From: Vicugna vicugna
Taxonomy: Eukaryota
Assembly (NCBI GenBank): GCA_013265495.1
Contig: MU058716.1
Location: forward strand, 68,264 to 132,263
Reading direction: 5' to 3'
DNA length: 64,000 nt
Shown here: piece by piece, positions 25,825-39,530 of the stretch
Position numbering within the stretch: the stretch's first letter is position 1
Layout of the letters: each line of letters begins with the position of its first letter
The notes under the pieces: model-generated
The model's input: only the letters and a program-made list of their open reading frames with translations
Told to the model about the DNA's origin: nothing
Database searches by the model: none
Program-made: the position numbers and the translations under genes

Positions 25825-26724
25825 CTACAGGAAAGAGGTCAGAAGTTAATTAAATTCCCAGCTGTGCCACCATTTGTCCTCCCTAAACAGAAATGACACA
25901 CTCTGAAGGACAGATGCTTAGAAGGCAAGCCAAACACACTGATGTCCAGAACCCTCCCAAAGTGGCTAGGCGTTCAGTGTGGCTTCCAGAGTGAGGATCC
26001 CACTGCCACAGGAAACAAGCTCACAACCTACTGACCTCCAATGTACCACTGACTCAATTACCGTGAAAATACCATTTTATCTTACCAGGAGGCCAATAAC
26101 CACACAACTGGGGGAGGAGGGGAGGAAGGTAATTTAAGAAACTTAAAAATTAGCTGGGCTTTCAGTTCCAGCTAAGATGGACCAAACATACCCTCCCCAC
26201 AGGAAACAAAGACAAAATATAAGAGAGAATGGTTTCTGAGGCCACACAGGAGCACAGTCCCTGGGGGACAGGTGTAAGTGAGCCCGAGTGCCCAGTGAGG
26301 GCCTGGGGTTCCCAGGCCATGGTGCCAGGAGAGTGAGCACAGGCCAGCCCAAAGCTGCAAGCTCAGGGGCACCCCAGGACCCAGCACGCAGGAAATAGCC
26401 ACCCGACGAGAGGGAACCCCTGAGCTCTCTGGGACGCATGACTGCCCCTCCCACCAGCCTCAGCCGGGAAGTGTCCGGTGCATCTGCTCTGCTCCCCCGC
26501 CACTGACTAAACCTCAACACAGAGCCCAGGGAAACACCACCACTCAGTATAAAGTGAACTCCAAAATGCCCGGCATGCATTCAAAATTTACCAGGCACAC
26601 AAAGAGACATAAAGATATGATGTATAATGAGAAAAAAATCATCATTCAAATTGGCCCCAGAAAGGCGCTAAAGCCGCACATTGGCTCGAACCAGCACATG
26701 CACACTGGCGCCCGTGGCGGCCCT

Positions 26725-26937
26725 CTCCTCAAAAAAGCGTTTGTTCCAAAAAATTATTTAGCATAAAAATATGTTTTGTCTCAACTTGTGGATTTATTAT
26801 TCTTATTTTAAAACGAATAAATATTTAAGCCTTTCTCCTTTTAATTTCTAAAAATGGAAGCTACCATAAACTGTTTTTTTTTTTTAACGTCAAGTGTGTA
26901 CTCGAAGTCCCAAGACCAGAAAGCTTGAGAACCACTC
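26725..26937. mobile_element. hAT-Charlie-like DNA transposon fragment
   Basis: AT-rich body ending aaagcttgagaaccact, a typical Charlie terminus. Confidence 0.45.
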
Positions 26938-27075
26938 TCACTCTGAGTGTGTAAATCCTGGGGAAAAGTGTTACTTTACCTACTCATTCTTTAAAATACA
27001 CCCTCCAAAACCCACAGAAGTAAGCAGAAAAGCCACAGAGAAGTGCAAATACCCTTCGGAGCAGAAGCGACTTAC

Positions 27076-27179
27076 CTCTACGGGGGTGGACTCAGATACC
27101 TCGCGCAGGATGACTATGCAGCGGTTCTGGTATGGCCTCACTTTTTCTCCCTTCTCGTCCACTTGGACTAAAGGTAAAG
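27076..27179 (-). CDS. LARP4B: LARP4B-like exon, 104 nt, La motif end/RRM start: (S)[34 protein letters not shown]
   Basis: gcacag| acceptor; GAG|gtaagt donor; partly seen in ORF 26980..27162. Confidence 0.95.
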
Positions 27180-27689
27180 CTGTGCAGAGAAGGGAAAAGG
27201 ATGGTGCACAAAATTAAAACAAATCAACCATTTGTTTCTCATTACGACCACATAGATACCCTGGAGGGGCGTGCTAGACTGTACTACTAACTGCGTTAAA
27301 GAAAGCTGTGCGACAGGTAAACACCAGAAATCCTGACAGTTCAACACAAACTATCAAAAGGTTTTGCACCTTTGAAACAGGGGTAAACACCGCCAGTACC
27401 AGTCAGGCTTGACTCAGGCCTCACTGGCTTTTACTGATCTCCTTTCGGTTAGGTTTTGCCTTTTGGTGTCACTCTGTAAACTTGTATCCCATACAGAGTC
27501 AGGTCACAGCACATCAAGGTCACTATCAGAGCTCAGGGCCATCCACCACCACGACGACATGCGTTACCAGCTCCAGAAAGGACATAAATTCACTCTGGTT
27601 CTACTGCTATCAAGGGGGTAACAAGGGAACATTATGGAAAAGCTCCTGCTAGTAAATCAGACAACTTCCATGAAACAGAAACAGTCCTT

Positions 27690-29930
27690 AAAGCACACAG
27701 AGCATACCAAAGCGTACTATAGAAAAAAAGAACATTTTCTACACAATCCTATCAAACATTCAGGAAAACAAACAAAAACAAAAAAACACCAATTCTACAG
27801 TACAAACTCTTCCAAAACACTTTAGAGTACTTTCCAACTCAACCTACAAAGCCAGCATTTCTACACCCAAACTAAGCAAAGACATCACAAGACAAAAAAA
27901 CTACAGACCAATATCCTTCAGGAAGATTAATAAAAAATTCTCATCAAATTTTGCCAAATTGAATCCAACAAAGCATACAAATAGAACTATATAATGACAA
28001 GTGGATTTTTCTCAGTAAATAAGACTGGTTTCCAAAGAAAATTAAACAACGTAATTCACCATATTAATGGACTTAAAAAACAAACAAAAACACAATTACC
28101 ACATAGATACAGAAGCATCTGACAAAATCCAACTTGTATTCCTGATAAAAATACTCAGCAAACAAGGAAGGGGAAGGCAAACCTCCTCACTGACAAAATG
28201 CCAACGTCCAGCACCACTCGTGCCAGTAGATGGGTTAGGCAAGGATGCTGACCCCCACTCTATTCTGCACAGCCCTGGAGGCCTCAGCCAGGGTTGTAAC
28301 ACAAGAAATAGAGATTACATGCACGCAGACTGGGTGCAGGAAGGTAAAGCTTTTCATTTGCAGATACGCTAAGCTCTATATAGAAAACCTCATACAATTT
28401 CTATAAAACACTACAACTGTGAGTCTAGAAAAGGTTTAAGTATAAGATCAACACACAAAAATACACTGTATTGCTACATACTGGCACCAATCAGAAACTG
28501 AAATAAAAATATTTAAAATTGTGTCCAAAATATGAAATACTTAGTTATAAATCTGGAAAGATATGAAAGACCTGCACACTGGAAACTGCAAAACATTGCC
28601 AAAGGAAAAAATTTTAAGACTTTCCTTAGTAAATGGAAAGATATTCTGTGTCATTGGATTGGAAAACTCAATATTGTTACAGTGTCAATTCTCTCCAAAC
28701 TGATTTATTAATTCAGTGTAATCCCAATAGAAATACCAACAGGCCCTTTTGAAAAACCAAAATGTTAATTCTAAAGTTCACATGGAAATGCAAGCATTTA
28801 TGCAAAATGCAGAGAGCCAAAATAAGTGGGAGACTCTGCACCTCCTCTAAGACCTACTGTCAAGCCAGCACCACCCGGACACTGCAGGACAGGTGTCAGA
28901 ACAGCCCAGCAGACTCAGGCCGACCCCCAGCCGGAGAGGAGCCCCCACCTGTGAGGTAAATGACTAAGAGCGGCACAGGCAGTACAGTGGGGAAGGCTGA
29001 GCCTTTCCGACAAGGGGCGGGAGCAGCCGCACACCAACACACCAGGAGCTGGGGACTCAGATCCACCTCATGCCATACACAAAAATGAGCTTGTGGGGAT
29101 CACAGACCTAAAAATGTAAACCTAAACCCAGAAACATCTAGGAGAAATCACTTGTGGCCTGGGATTTAGCAAAGATTTCTTAGGAACAATACCCAAAGCA
29201 AGCTCTGTGAAAGAAACAAGGTAGTCAGCTGGGCTACGGCGGGGCGTCTTCAAAGACAGGAGGGGACAAGGTGGGGGCACCTGGGAGAGAGAAAATGAAG
29301 CCACACGGACACACCCACACCCGCTGGGAAAACTGATGCAGAATCGCTGGGAGCGCTTGCCCTGGTCACGGCTCAGCACTCCAGAAACAGGCAGCAGCTT
29401 CCCAAGCGCACACACCTGCCACCTGCTCCGACCTCCCACTCGCAGCGACCTACCCAAGAGAGGCGGGGATGTCTGTCCACACAGACTCACACCAACGTTC
29501 CTGGCAACTTCATCTGTAACGGCCAAAACCTGCCATGACCTAAGCATCTTCCGATTCGGGGGACAAACCAACTGTGCTGTATCTACTCGATGGAGCATGA
29601 CTCAGCGATAAAAAGCCACAATCTACTGACACTAAATAAAATAATTACGCCGAGTGAAAGAATGCAGACACTCCCCGAAAAAAGACAGTTCATGACTGAT
29701 TCCATTTATATACACTTTCCTAAAAATTTAAACTAATCTATAATGACAAAAAAACGAACAAGCAGGGTAGTTGCCTGGGGCAGGAGTAAACTCTGGTGGG
29801 TTGGGGCAGGTTGATGGACACGTTCATCATGCTGATGGTGGCAGATCCTCAAGTGTATAAACATGTCAAAATGTACCAGATGTACACTTACACCATGTGA
29901 ATCTGAAGTGTGTAAACTCCACCTCACCAA
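27690..29930 (+). mobile_element. Old L1 (L1M-type) ORF2 3' half and 3' UTR, in a LARP4B intron
   Basis: aactacagaccaatatcc, gaagcatctgacaaaatccaac, ggattggaaaactcaatattgtta, ttctaaagttcacatggaaatgc. Confidence 0.85.
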
Positions 29931-32252
29931 CAAGGAAAGCTGTAAACCCATACAAAAACCAGGCAGTGGCAAAGCACTCCGTGCCCTCCCTCCCCGCCTC
30001 TGCCAGTCTCTCTCCCCGCTTAGCTGCCCCCAACACGCTGAGTCAGCAGCTTCAATCCTATTCACGTGTTTATGCTCCTACCCCTTATCTCTGAATCCAC
30101 AAAAACATAGTTCTGTTTACACATGCCGAAACTTTATACAAATGGTATTACCTTGTACGTAATTTGAAACACCCTTTTAATCAACATTATGACCTTAAAT
30201 TTTATTCTTGTTGAAAAACATATGCCGAGTTCATTTTATCTGCTCTAGCATTCACTGTGTGGCTAGCTCAGTGTATTTATTCACACCCTGATGACAAATG
30301 TTTTAGAGTTCTTTTAAATTAACAATTTCAATTAAATTAACTATAAATATAGAGCACCTGAATTAGATATAGTGTGACATGCACTATATACGTATTGATT
30401 ATAAAAAGTCTAAAAAAGTAATTTATGCAACTCAGTCAACATGAGAATATTTAAATTAAAACAAGGTATTACCAACTGTCTGTGGTGTATCTGATTCTAT
30501 GTTAGGTATTTTGGGGATGGGGATAAGATTCAAACTTAAGAAGCCTCTCTGCTCACCCTCTCCAGAACTACAACTAATACGGTAATGCGCTGACTCTACT
30601 CTGATCATGCAGGTTATTACATACGTACATATATTTCTGTCCAAAAGTTAAGTGAAAATAATTGGACAAAACTAGCTGAATATTAATGGACAGACAACAA
30701 CATTCCAACCCAAGAACCCGCACAGAAACAGTACTGGAGAAGGAAGTGGGAAACAGTAGGGGAGAACAGGGCTGCCCGTGGCAGAAATGGCTCCTTTAAG
30801 CAACTACACAGGGTTACCAAACATGCTCCCAGCCATCAAGTGTCAATGGAGAAATTATCCTCAGCAGGGCAGCAAAGTTTATAAGGACAGCCTGAAAGAA
30901 ATAAGTAAATATGAGATTCTTAACAATAACCAAAGACTGTTAACAGAGTAAAGAAAGCTGCTGGTCAGATGGGAACCAGACTCAGCTGACACACAACAGG
31001 GCCTGCTCTCAATGGACCCAAGAGACAAAGCACCACTGGAGACACAACACTGCCTTGGGAAAGAAATGGGGGTATAATTTTCAGAACTCAAACTTAATGT
31101 ATTTCTATGTTTGCCAGTTTTTTTTAATTAATTTAATGGCCTTATGAGATTTACAGAGGAACAGAAATAGAGAACTTTTTTATGTGAACAGAAAATCCAA
31201 CTAAGTTCTAAAATAGGATGTTCATCTTTTTCTACTGCTGTTAAATCGAATGCACGTGAGAAAAAAATCTTCACTGTCAGCAGCACAGCTAAGCTGGGAG
31301 AACATGAACACTCTGTGTAAGAGTCAGTGATGGAAAGTCATGGCGGAGACACAGAAAGGTGGCTTTAACTCGGGCACCCACCACTGCACACGAAGGGTGC
31401 CCCTCAGAGATGCTCAGAACTGCGGGGGCAGAAACCACCAGCTGGTACTTGTAGCCCCATCATAAAAAGTGCAACTTCATAAAGAATTAAACATCATCCC
31501 ATTTTTAAAAAAATCCCACACAGTGTACATTTACTATGAAATTAACACCTGTAGAAGCCATCCCGGGTGGGAGGGGACAGGCGCAGCGTTACGGGGCACG
31601 AGGAAACTGGGTTTCACCAACATACATGTGGGTCCAAAATGATCCAACTGTATACTTTAAACACACACAGTTCACGACGTGCGACTATACCTCAGTAAAA
31701 TGTTTTTTACAAATAATAAAATGGTTAGGTTGTGAGAAGCCTGTCTGCAAAGCAAACTAGGCCAGGTCACACTTTAAATACCCACTCTTCCTGAATCCCT
31801 GTGGGTCTCGATATGTTTAAATCTTCTTTTGATGTTGCCAAATGTCCAAGGAACAACCTAATTCACAGAATGTTTCTAAGGAAGAATGCAATAAACCCAA
31901 ACAGAACTTCAGTAGGAAGCTGAAATTTGAAAAACTCTTTCAGCAGCTGGCATGCTAATCAAAATGCACATGACTCTACTCTGAATACACAACGGTTAAC
32001 CTCTCCATTAGCCTTTTCTACCCCACAGGCCACAATCTAAGATGCTCCTGAGGGCTGTCATGGAGCCCCATCAGTGCCCCAGCGCCATGCGCCTCACCAG
32101 ATACCAGGACTGTCAGAAAGGCCTGGGAGGCGAGGGGAGACTCCACTTGCCACCGAGTATCTCCTCACGAATGGCTGAGCACCTGATGGTCACGTCAGCA
32201 AGAAAGATGCCGTCTGGGCCACGTGCGTCTCGGCCGGCTGCGGCCTACTTAC

Positions 32253-32389
32253 ACCTCAGCACTTCGACAATCAAGTCCATGTCGGTGCTAAGCTTCTTGA
32301 TGTGGCCCAGGTTAGCAACCATGGTGATTGGCATGTACTGATTACTGTCCATCTGCGATATAAGGTACATGTCACTAGCAAGATTCTCC
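32253..32389 (-). CDS. LARP4B: LARP4B-like exon, 137 nt, La motif: ENLASDMYLISQMDSNQYMPITMVANLGHIKKLSTDMDLIVEVLR
   Basis: ttctgcag| acceptor; |gtaagt donor; open frame typical of the LARP4 family La motif. Confidence 0.95.
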
Positions 32390-33795
32390 CTGCAGAAAGA
32401 AGACAATCTCTCTTAATTGATAACTTCTTTAAAAGGAAGCCTCGCAAGAGGTACAAGCGTGGTACGGTGTTGCTTTGAAGTTTTCTCTAAATTCCAACCC
32501 CACCTACCATTTGCCACCTCTCTTACCTTGGGACAATTTTTATCAAAGACATCTGAGGAGGCAGAGAGAGCAAAAGTAAAAGTATGCTGCACTTTGTACA
32601 ATCACAATCAGCAAGCAGGTAAAACTTTCACAAATGTGCTTATAGCTTATCTCTGTCCCAAAGTGTTTGAGTAGCTTATTAAAAATATAAACCCAACCTT
32701 TTAAAGTAAGGAAATCCAGTGATAGAACAAAAGAAAGAAAAATGCAGAAACACCAGGGAAGGCTGGTGCCCAGAGTGCCTGTGGCTCAGGCTGGACACCT
32801 GCAGAGGCCAGGACTCTGACTCTGGCCTCCCAGCCCCCTGGAGCGGCCAGGGTGACAAAGCTGTGCATGTGGCCAACCACATATGCCACGGGGCCAGTTA
32901 AACCACTGACAGCCCTGGAGGGAGGAGGGCAGGTGTCCCGGGGAGTTTCCACAAAGAGGACCACGCGCTCAGAAACCCCTCAGCACCACACACAGCTGAA
33001 CTCTGGTTCCCAAAAGAAGGCCCCACGAAGCCCGTGCTGTGCAAGGGTGCACCCTGCCCCCCAGCAGCCCCGCAGGTGTGGACTCTGCTGCAGGAGCCCA
33101 GGGCAGGCCTGCGGGAGCACCTCCTCCCGGGGAGTTGATCAGCAAGCCATCGAGGCGGTGTCCCAGTCTGGGCTGCACAGCAGTGGAAGGCGCCCAGCAC
33201 AGCGCCCCTCCCCTCACCCTCACACAGCTGCACCGGACACCTGCGCCAGGTCTGAGGGCAGAGGCGGCCCAGAGGAACACCCGGAGAACTGCCCTGACTG
33301 ACAGGGAGCGTCTCACCTGGCTTGTCCCCTCACACTCAGCCCCACCTCCCCACACGCCCCGGTCCGCAACGCGACCCTACACATTCTGCTCTATTTAACA
33401 GAAAAAACAAAAATATGACTGCTACACAAAGAAAACAGCTTCACAGTGCAGCGCTTGGCATACTTTGAGAACTAATATAGGAAACGTGTCCTCGAACTTC
33501 GGCGTGCTAAAAAATGTCTCTGTGAGATTGACCCCCCCCAAGGCTCCTCACTCACAACAGGAGGGTGGGTGGGGATGGGAGGAAACCAAAGTTCAAAAGC
33601 AACCCAGGTAATGATCAAGACACACCTGTGGACAGTGGGCAGCAGGCCAACAGTCTCCATTCCCTATCAACAGATGTAAGACACAGAGGCTGACAGACAG
33701 CCTCTTCTCCCGTGGAAAGCACCCTGTCTGTGTGTGCAGTTCCAGTGCACACCACCTTGGCCACAAGGCGCCAGCACAAGCACCACCACCCTTAC

Positions 33796-33874
33796 CTGGA
33801 CAAGCAGAATTCCAATGTTTTCTTAAGTACTTCCCGGGGGTCTTCCTGGCTTTCTGGTTGTGATTCATTTCTTC
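33796..33874 (-). CDS. LARP4B: LARP4B-like exon, 79 nt, start of La motif: (G)RNESQPESQEDPREVLKKTLEFCLS(R)
   Basis: tgtag|GA acceptor; CCAG|gtaagg donor; phase 1 in, phase 2 out. Confidence 0.93.
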
Positions 33875-34707
33875 CTACACAGAAGCAATGATTAGCTCAG
33901 GGAAAATGGCTTAAAATTTACCAAACAGATAATTCTGTACAACAATGCTCATTTTTCAATATACATATTAATTCATCTGCACAATTAAGATAGAGAAATA
34001 AGAAAAATGCTATTTTACAAGGAAATCATAAGCAAAAGCAAACAAAAAACCCCTTCTACCCCACACAAAAACAGAGTTTCAAAAAAAACAGCCTAAGAAG
34101 TGGTATTTATTAGCGAAGTTTAGCAGGTGCTTTTTATCACAAAATGAGTATAAGCTTATTTAACGTTTTGTCTCAATTCTAAAGAGATTTTCGGGTAGCC
34201 TAGAAAAACACAAGATAATAAAATGACAATAAAATATAAAGGAAAGAATAAAAATAAGGAAAAGATAAATACAGGCCCCCCAAAAATCAAGGCTGGGGAT
34301 CCTGAACACACGTGGTGGTGAGGCTATGCTGTGTCTACACCACAGCCTGACACATCGGCCCTTACACTGCCGGACAGGCAAAGGGACAAGGCAGGTCGCT
34401 CGGGTACAGCGACCCCACCAGAGAACACTAAGTGAACAGATCCGCTAGCAGAAACAGAACCTGGTACTAGATTCTGGAGAGCCCTCCTAAGTTGTCAGAT
34501 GGCATGTGGGTAACTTCTGTGTGGGGGTCACACGGAGCACCTACCATGGACCGGGGTCTCCAGGACGGTGCGCTGAGCTCAGGGTGAGGCCCCGGGCCCT
34601 CCCCAGCACTCTGCTCACCAGGTCAGGATCCCATTTTAAGGTGGCACTAGGAGAGGAAAAGCACTTAAATTCTAAGAACTAAGAGTTTTTTTGCACACTT
34701 AAAAAAA

Positions 34708-34762
34708 AACTTTTAAAACTGAAGTGTAGTTGATTTATGACGTGTTAGTTTCTGGCTGCACA
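34708..34762 (-). mobile_element. Short L1 3' tail
   Basis: actgaagtgtagttgatttatgacgtgttagtttctgg is the reverse complement of an L1 end like those at 1699 and 3470. Confidence 0.5.
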
Positions 34763-35079
34763 CTTCTACATAAGTTTCATGGTACAATAATACATGTGAC
34801 ACTGGTATTTTAAAACGAGAGACACTGGTATTTTAAAAGTCAAAAACCATCAAAAAGCAAAGACAAAGCAGGGGCATTTACAACAAATAAAGACAGACAG
34901 TTTGTTTTATATAAAGAGCTTTAACAAAATCCACCCCCCACCAGCAAAAAAACCAGACAAAACAAAACCAATGGACCTGATGAGACTGAAAACTAGAAAC
35001 GGCTCTTGAAGCTACAATCTCATTTCACTCCTTCATCCAGAAAGGCCTGTTTTAGCACCCAGGCGAATTCACATTCCAC

Positions 35080-35270
35080 ACCCCACGTTTCAGATATTCA
35101 CTACATGTCTCCTGTGTGCCAGGCACCGTCAAAGCTGTTTGTTCAGCCTCAGTGAGGCAAAGCCTCTGCTCTCAGTGGGAGGCAATCAAAAGTTAAACAA
35201 GTAAACAGTAAACAAACAGTGTCAGGCAGACTGTGACACAGTGGAGGAAAACCACAGGGCACGGGGCCGT
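35080..35270 (-). mobile_element. L2 3' fragment
   Basis: atattcact...tgtgtgccaggcac...ctctgctctc...gttaaacaagtaaac. Confidence 0.5.
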
Positions 35271-35624
35271 CGTGCCACCCAGCCACTCCACACGGGGCTG
35301 GAGAGGGAGCCAGAGGTGCACAGACAGCTGGTCCAGATGATTCCGGAGAGTTCTGATGGGGGAGACAGGGTGTGGAGGGCGGTTTCACTGAACATGAGAG
35401 AGGATACAACTACGTGGAAGGTTCCTGACACGGCAGGTGAAGGGTTTGGGGACGGAGGACCGGGAGATTCGAGGTGTCAGGGTGTGAACTGCTCTTCCCA
35501 CAGCAAGACAGGAGGTCGTCTGCTTTCAGGCAAGATGGGGAGCAGGGCCTGGAGTTATCTCCCCTCATGGAACAACCAGCAAAACCAAACATACCTGTTT
35601 CTAAGAGTTACTTACAGTCATAAA

Positions 35625-36405
35625 AACAAACCAACCTATGGAGAAGAGATAGCTTGGAGATAAACCTACATGCTTCAAAGGATTCTGACAAAGGCACAGA
35701 GGCAGTGCAATGGAGAAAAGAGAGCCTTTCTGATATGTGGGGCTGAGCAGCATGTCCACATGGGGAAAAAAAAAAGAATTTTGCTTCATACCTCACACAC
35801 TACAAAAATTAGATTAAAATGGACCACAGACCTAAAAATTGTAAAATTTAAAACCATACAACTCACTGGAGAAAACCTTAGTGACCTGAGATTAAACAAA
35901 GATTTCTTAGGTACAACACAAAAAGCAAGATCCACAAAACACAAAACAAAAAAACCTGATAAACTGGACACAATTTTGAAATTTTGCTTTACAAAACATA
36001 CTGTTAGGAGAATAAAAGACAAGTCAGACTGGAGGGATGTATTTGCAAATTACATATCTGATAAAAACTTGTTACCAAAACATATAAAGAACTCTCCACT
36101 CAGTAATAGAACAACCCAATAAGAAAATGGACAAAAGACTTGAACAGATCCTTCACCAAAGACATGTGCACATGAAAAGACATTTGACACCATCAGTCAT
36201 TAGGGAAATACAAATGAAAAAACCACAGTAAGATCCCACTACCCAGCTTTAAGAATGGCAAGAAAGCTGCCTACATCCAGTGCTGGTGAGGATGTGGAGC
36301 AGCCGGAGTCGGGCCCACTGCTGGTGGGATCCAGAGGGTACGGCTACAGAACACAGCTTCGCTCGCTCTTAAGAGGATAAACCTATGCCTAGCAGATGAT
36401 CTGGC
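35625..36405 (+). mobile_element. Old L1 ORF2 3' fragment, ending abruptly at ~36405
   Basis: aaagatttcttaggtacaacacaaaaagca, gtcattagggaaatacaaatgaaa, gctggtgaggatgtggagc; ORF 35670..36122 is L1-like. Confidence 0.85.
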
Positions 36406-36444
36406 CTCTGATGATGAGGCACTTCAGCATCATGGCCAACTCAC

Positions 36445-36499
36445 CTGCAGTGCTAACTCCTGACTCTCCCTGACAGAAGTCTCGAAAACTGAATACGTC
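36445..36499 (-). CDS. Candidate non-LARP4B 55-nt exon, DVFSFRDFCQGESGVSTA(G), phase-compatible with the 33874 exon
   Basis: aaacatag|GAC acceptor (weak pyrimidine tract); consensus GCAG|gtgagt donor; 18 codons + 1 nt. Confidence 0.5.
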
Positions 36500-38419
36500 C
36501 TATGTTTATAAATTATTGTTCAGGCTGCTACCATAGATGTTCAAAGAGATCAAACTCTGTCCTATCATTTGGCCTTTCTATGGACTCTGAAATTTTAAGC
36601 ACTTTTTGAAGACCCAGCATTCAGAAAAGAGACACTACATAATTCTGTGATTCGACTGTGTTGTGAATCATGGAATCCAGAGATCGTGGACTTTAGAGCA
36701 CTGATTTCATCATGAGAGACCTAAGAAAAACAGATGATTTTTTTTTCTTGATGAGTAAGAGTGAGCTGTTTTGATAAGTATAATACCAACGTATCAACAG
36801 ACCTCAACATAAGACCACTTAGGATCAAGTGTTAGAGTGTGTATCATCTACTCAAAAAGTCAAAGTAAGTCCTCAGGCTTTCCTAGGGCTACTCGGTTTC
36901 TACAATAGTTTTTTCACAAAATCTAAAAACTGCTGGGCCTTTCACTGCCCACTGCGGGAATACACCCTGGCTCTGAATGCCACCAACGTGAGGCACTTTC
37001 TCAAATGTAAAGTAAAAGTGGCTTTTAGTGCGGAGCAAGCACAGAGACTCAGCTACTACCTAGGGCATGCTTGTGGAGTTCATAAAGTATCACTTATGCA
37101 AGTCAAGTCTCTCAGCCTGGATATTTGCACCTAAATGTCACCTCAAAGGGTTCCTTAGTCACAAACTGGTCCGGGATATTGATAATTCAATCCTATATTA
37201 TACGCTTAAATTACAATTCCAGAAATCTTGGATCATTTCAAAAGAGCTCTTACCAATACCCAAAGGACATCAAAAATGGAAATAATTTAGTATCCAACTC
37301 ACTCTTTCTCCCTTCCTCCCTCTCTCTCTCTTGCACACATACCTACACACACTCCTGGGAGAAACAACTTCCAACAACCAAGAAAAGGAAATCTGACCCC
37401 TGGGCAACCACGGTTCAAACAGCTTATTTTCTAGAGCTTAAACACTTGACACCACTTAGTAAACTACTACATCCAAGTTTTAAATGGTGCCTTCAGATTC
37501 AGAGAGGCAGTAAATTGACAAAGCACGGCATTTCCCCCATAGATACAGCAAGTACCCTTATCTAATGGCAGAGCTATACAATGTGCCATCCCTGAGGCAT
37601 ACATGATTGTGTTACGCATGAGTTTCTGAAACCTCTGAAAAGATCACAGGGAAATAGGAGATGTAATCTAGGAAAATAAAATAATTTCAGTCTCTAAGTG
37701 ATGGTTCTTTTAATAACTTAGAAAGAGTACTATTAAGATCTTAAATGGATTAGATAACCTTTTTCTATCTTATTTGCCTTATTTCACAAGTCCTCCATGA
37801 TTAAATTTGAGTAATAGGTGGAGACAGACATGCCACTGGTATTTGGGAAAGGCTGAAAAATAAAGATTTTCATCAATCAAGAATTAAATTTGTCATTCAT
37901 AACAACAATCTTAACATTTAAAAAAAAAAACAGATTCAAGTCAAATTTTCAATAAATTTCCATAGTCCCACTGCTGTCGTAAAATATTTGAATCACTCTA
38001 GAATGTAATATGGTTTCATGATTTCTGGGAACTTACTACCTTGAATCTCAAATCTGTAAAGCCTAATTTTTTTCATTAAATGATCTCTGAAAAGTCTTTA
38101 ACCAAAATTAATAACTTAATTGGTCTAACTGGATGCACCAATCTCTTTATTGCAGCAAAAACAAGATACAGAATGTAAACTGCAATTAAAACTCTAAAAG
38201 CATTTCTTCAGGAAAAAAAAAAAACTCAACTCCAACAGAGAATTTAAGAAAACCTCAAAAATGTTTACACTATTTGAGTCTCAGCTGTGGACATGATGCT
38301 GTACTTCCCCCGAATACTTGAGTGGGTTCCTTACAAATGAAGGCCATCTTCTATGTAATCCAATATGAAAACTGAAGAAAGGAAATCAGTATTTACACAT
38401 TACTGATTCTGTGTCCTTT

Positions 38420-39530
38420 ATTTTGCATCCTATCAGGAGTCCCAGGATTTAAACTTGTCCCATTATTGACAATGTTCACTTTGATCACTTGACCAGAGTA
38501 GTGTTTATCAGGCTTCGTCACTAAGAAGTCACCCTCTTCCCTTTTGTAATGAACACGTATTTTGTTGGAAGTTATCTTGAGGCTCTATAAAAATTCCATC
38601 CCTAAAAAAAAACTCAATTTATTGATTTGCTTATATCAATATGAACATAAGGATACCTACTTTATTCAATGAGTCATGATCCATTACTAACAATATTTAA
38701 GTTTAAGTGTTAAATGTTTCCAGATTTAACCCTTGGAAACCCTATCAAAGCTGGCTCCTATGTACTTTCAACATATCCCCATCATTTATGAACACTTCTT
38801 TACTCTGTATTTCAAAAAGAAGTTCCAGTCTTATCTGGTACGTTCCCTATCCCAGCCCAGGCATTTCTTCCTGGATGGAACCCTGGTTCTTTTCGGTGGA
38901 CAAATGTTCAGAGATCAAAGGCTCTATGTTGCTAATTGCTATTGAGATGAGCTGTTTTCACTTAATCGCAGGGGAGAGAGCTAGGGAACATGTTTAATTG
39001 AAGACATACATGCATACACAGATGTGTGCAAATATTTACGAATACACATTTAAATCTCTTTATTTCCATATCCCATCTTTCATGCTACTGCTGTCCTTGC
39101 TTTTACATATGCTATAAAACCAAAGAGCAATGATAATTATTTTTTCTTGTTTTTCTGCATCATTGCCAGCAGTTAGTATTGTCAGATTTGGGGGTTTTGC
39201 CACATAAATAAGTGCATAATGGTATCTCACTGCTGTTTTAATTTGAATTTCTGTAATGATAAATAATGTTTAGCATCTTTTAATATGCATACTCACCATA
39301 CTTACGTCTTCTTTTAAGTATGAGCTCAAACCTTTTACCCATTTTCTTGTGTTTATTTTCTTTTGAGTTTTAACAATTCTTTATATAACTGTTTTGACTC
39401 CTTTAACAGGTAAGCAGATTGCAAGTATTTTCTCATAGTCTGTTGTTAGTCATTGCATTCTCTTAAAAAATGTCCTTTCCAGAGCAAATGTTTTTAATTT
39501 TGATAAAATCCAATCACCTTTTTTTTTTTT
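38420..39530 (-). mobile_element. Old L1 fragments (3' UTR and ORF2)
   Basis: tttgatcacttgaccagagtagtg...; ggtatctcactgctgttttaatttgaatttct. Confidence 0.65.

Larger units (their letters stand above)
12810..33874 (-). other. LARP4B: LARP4B-like locus (5'-truncated, intron-containing duplicate; gene or transcribed pseudogene)
   Basis: 13 exons translate to LARP4B-like sequence from ...ESQEDPREVLKKTLEFCLS to ...EQSTLPRSPQ*, in the expected order with GT-AG junctions and compatible phases. The 3' end is inferred from the poly(A) signal. Confidence 0.93.

Noticed and set aside
15831..33874. Processed retrocopy of LARP4B
   Set aside because: Introns with old repeats are retained, so the copy is DNA-based
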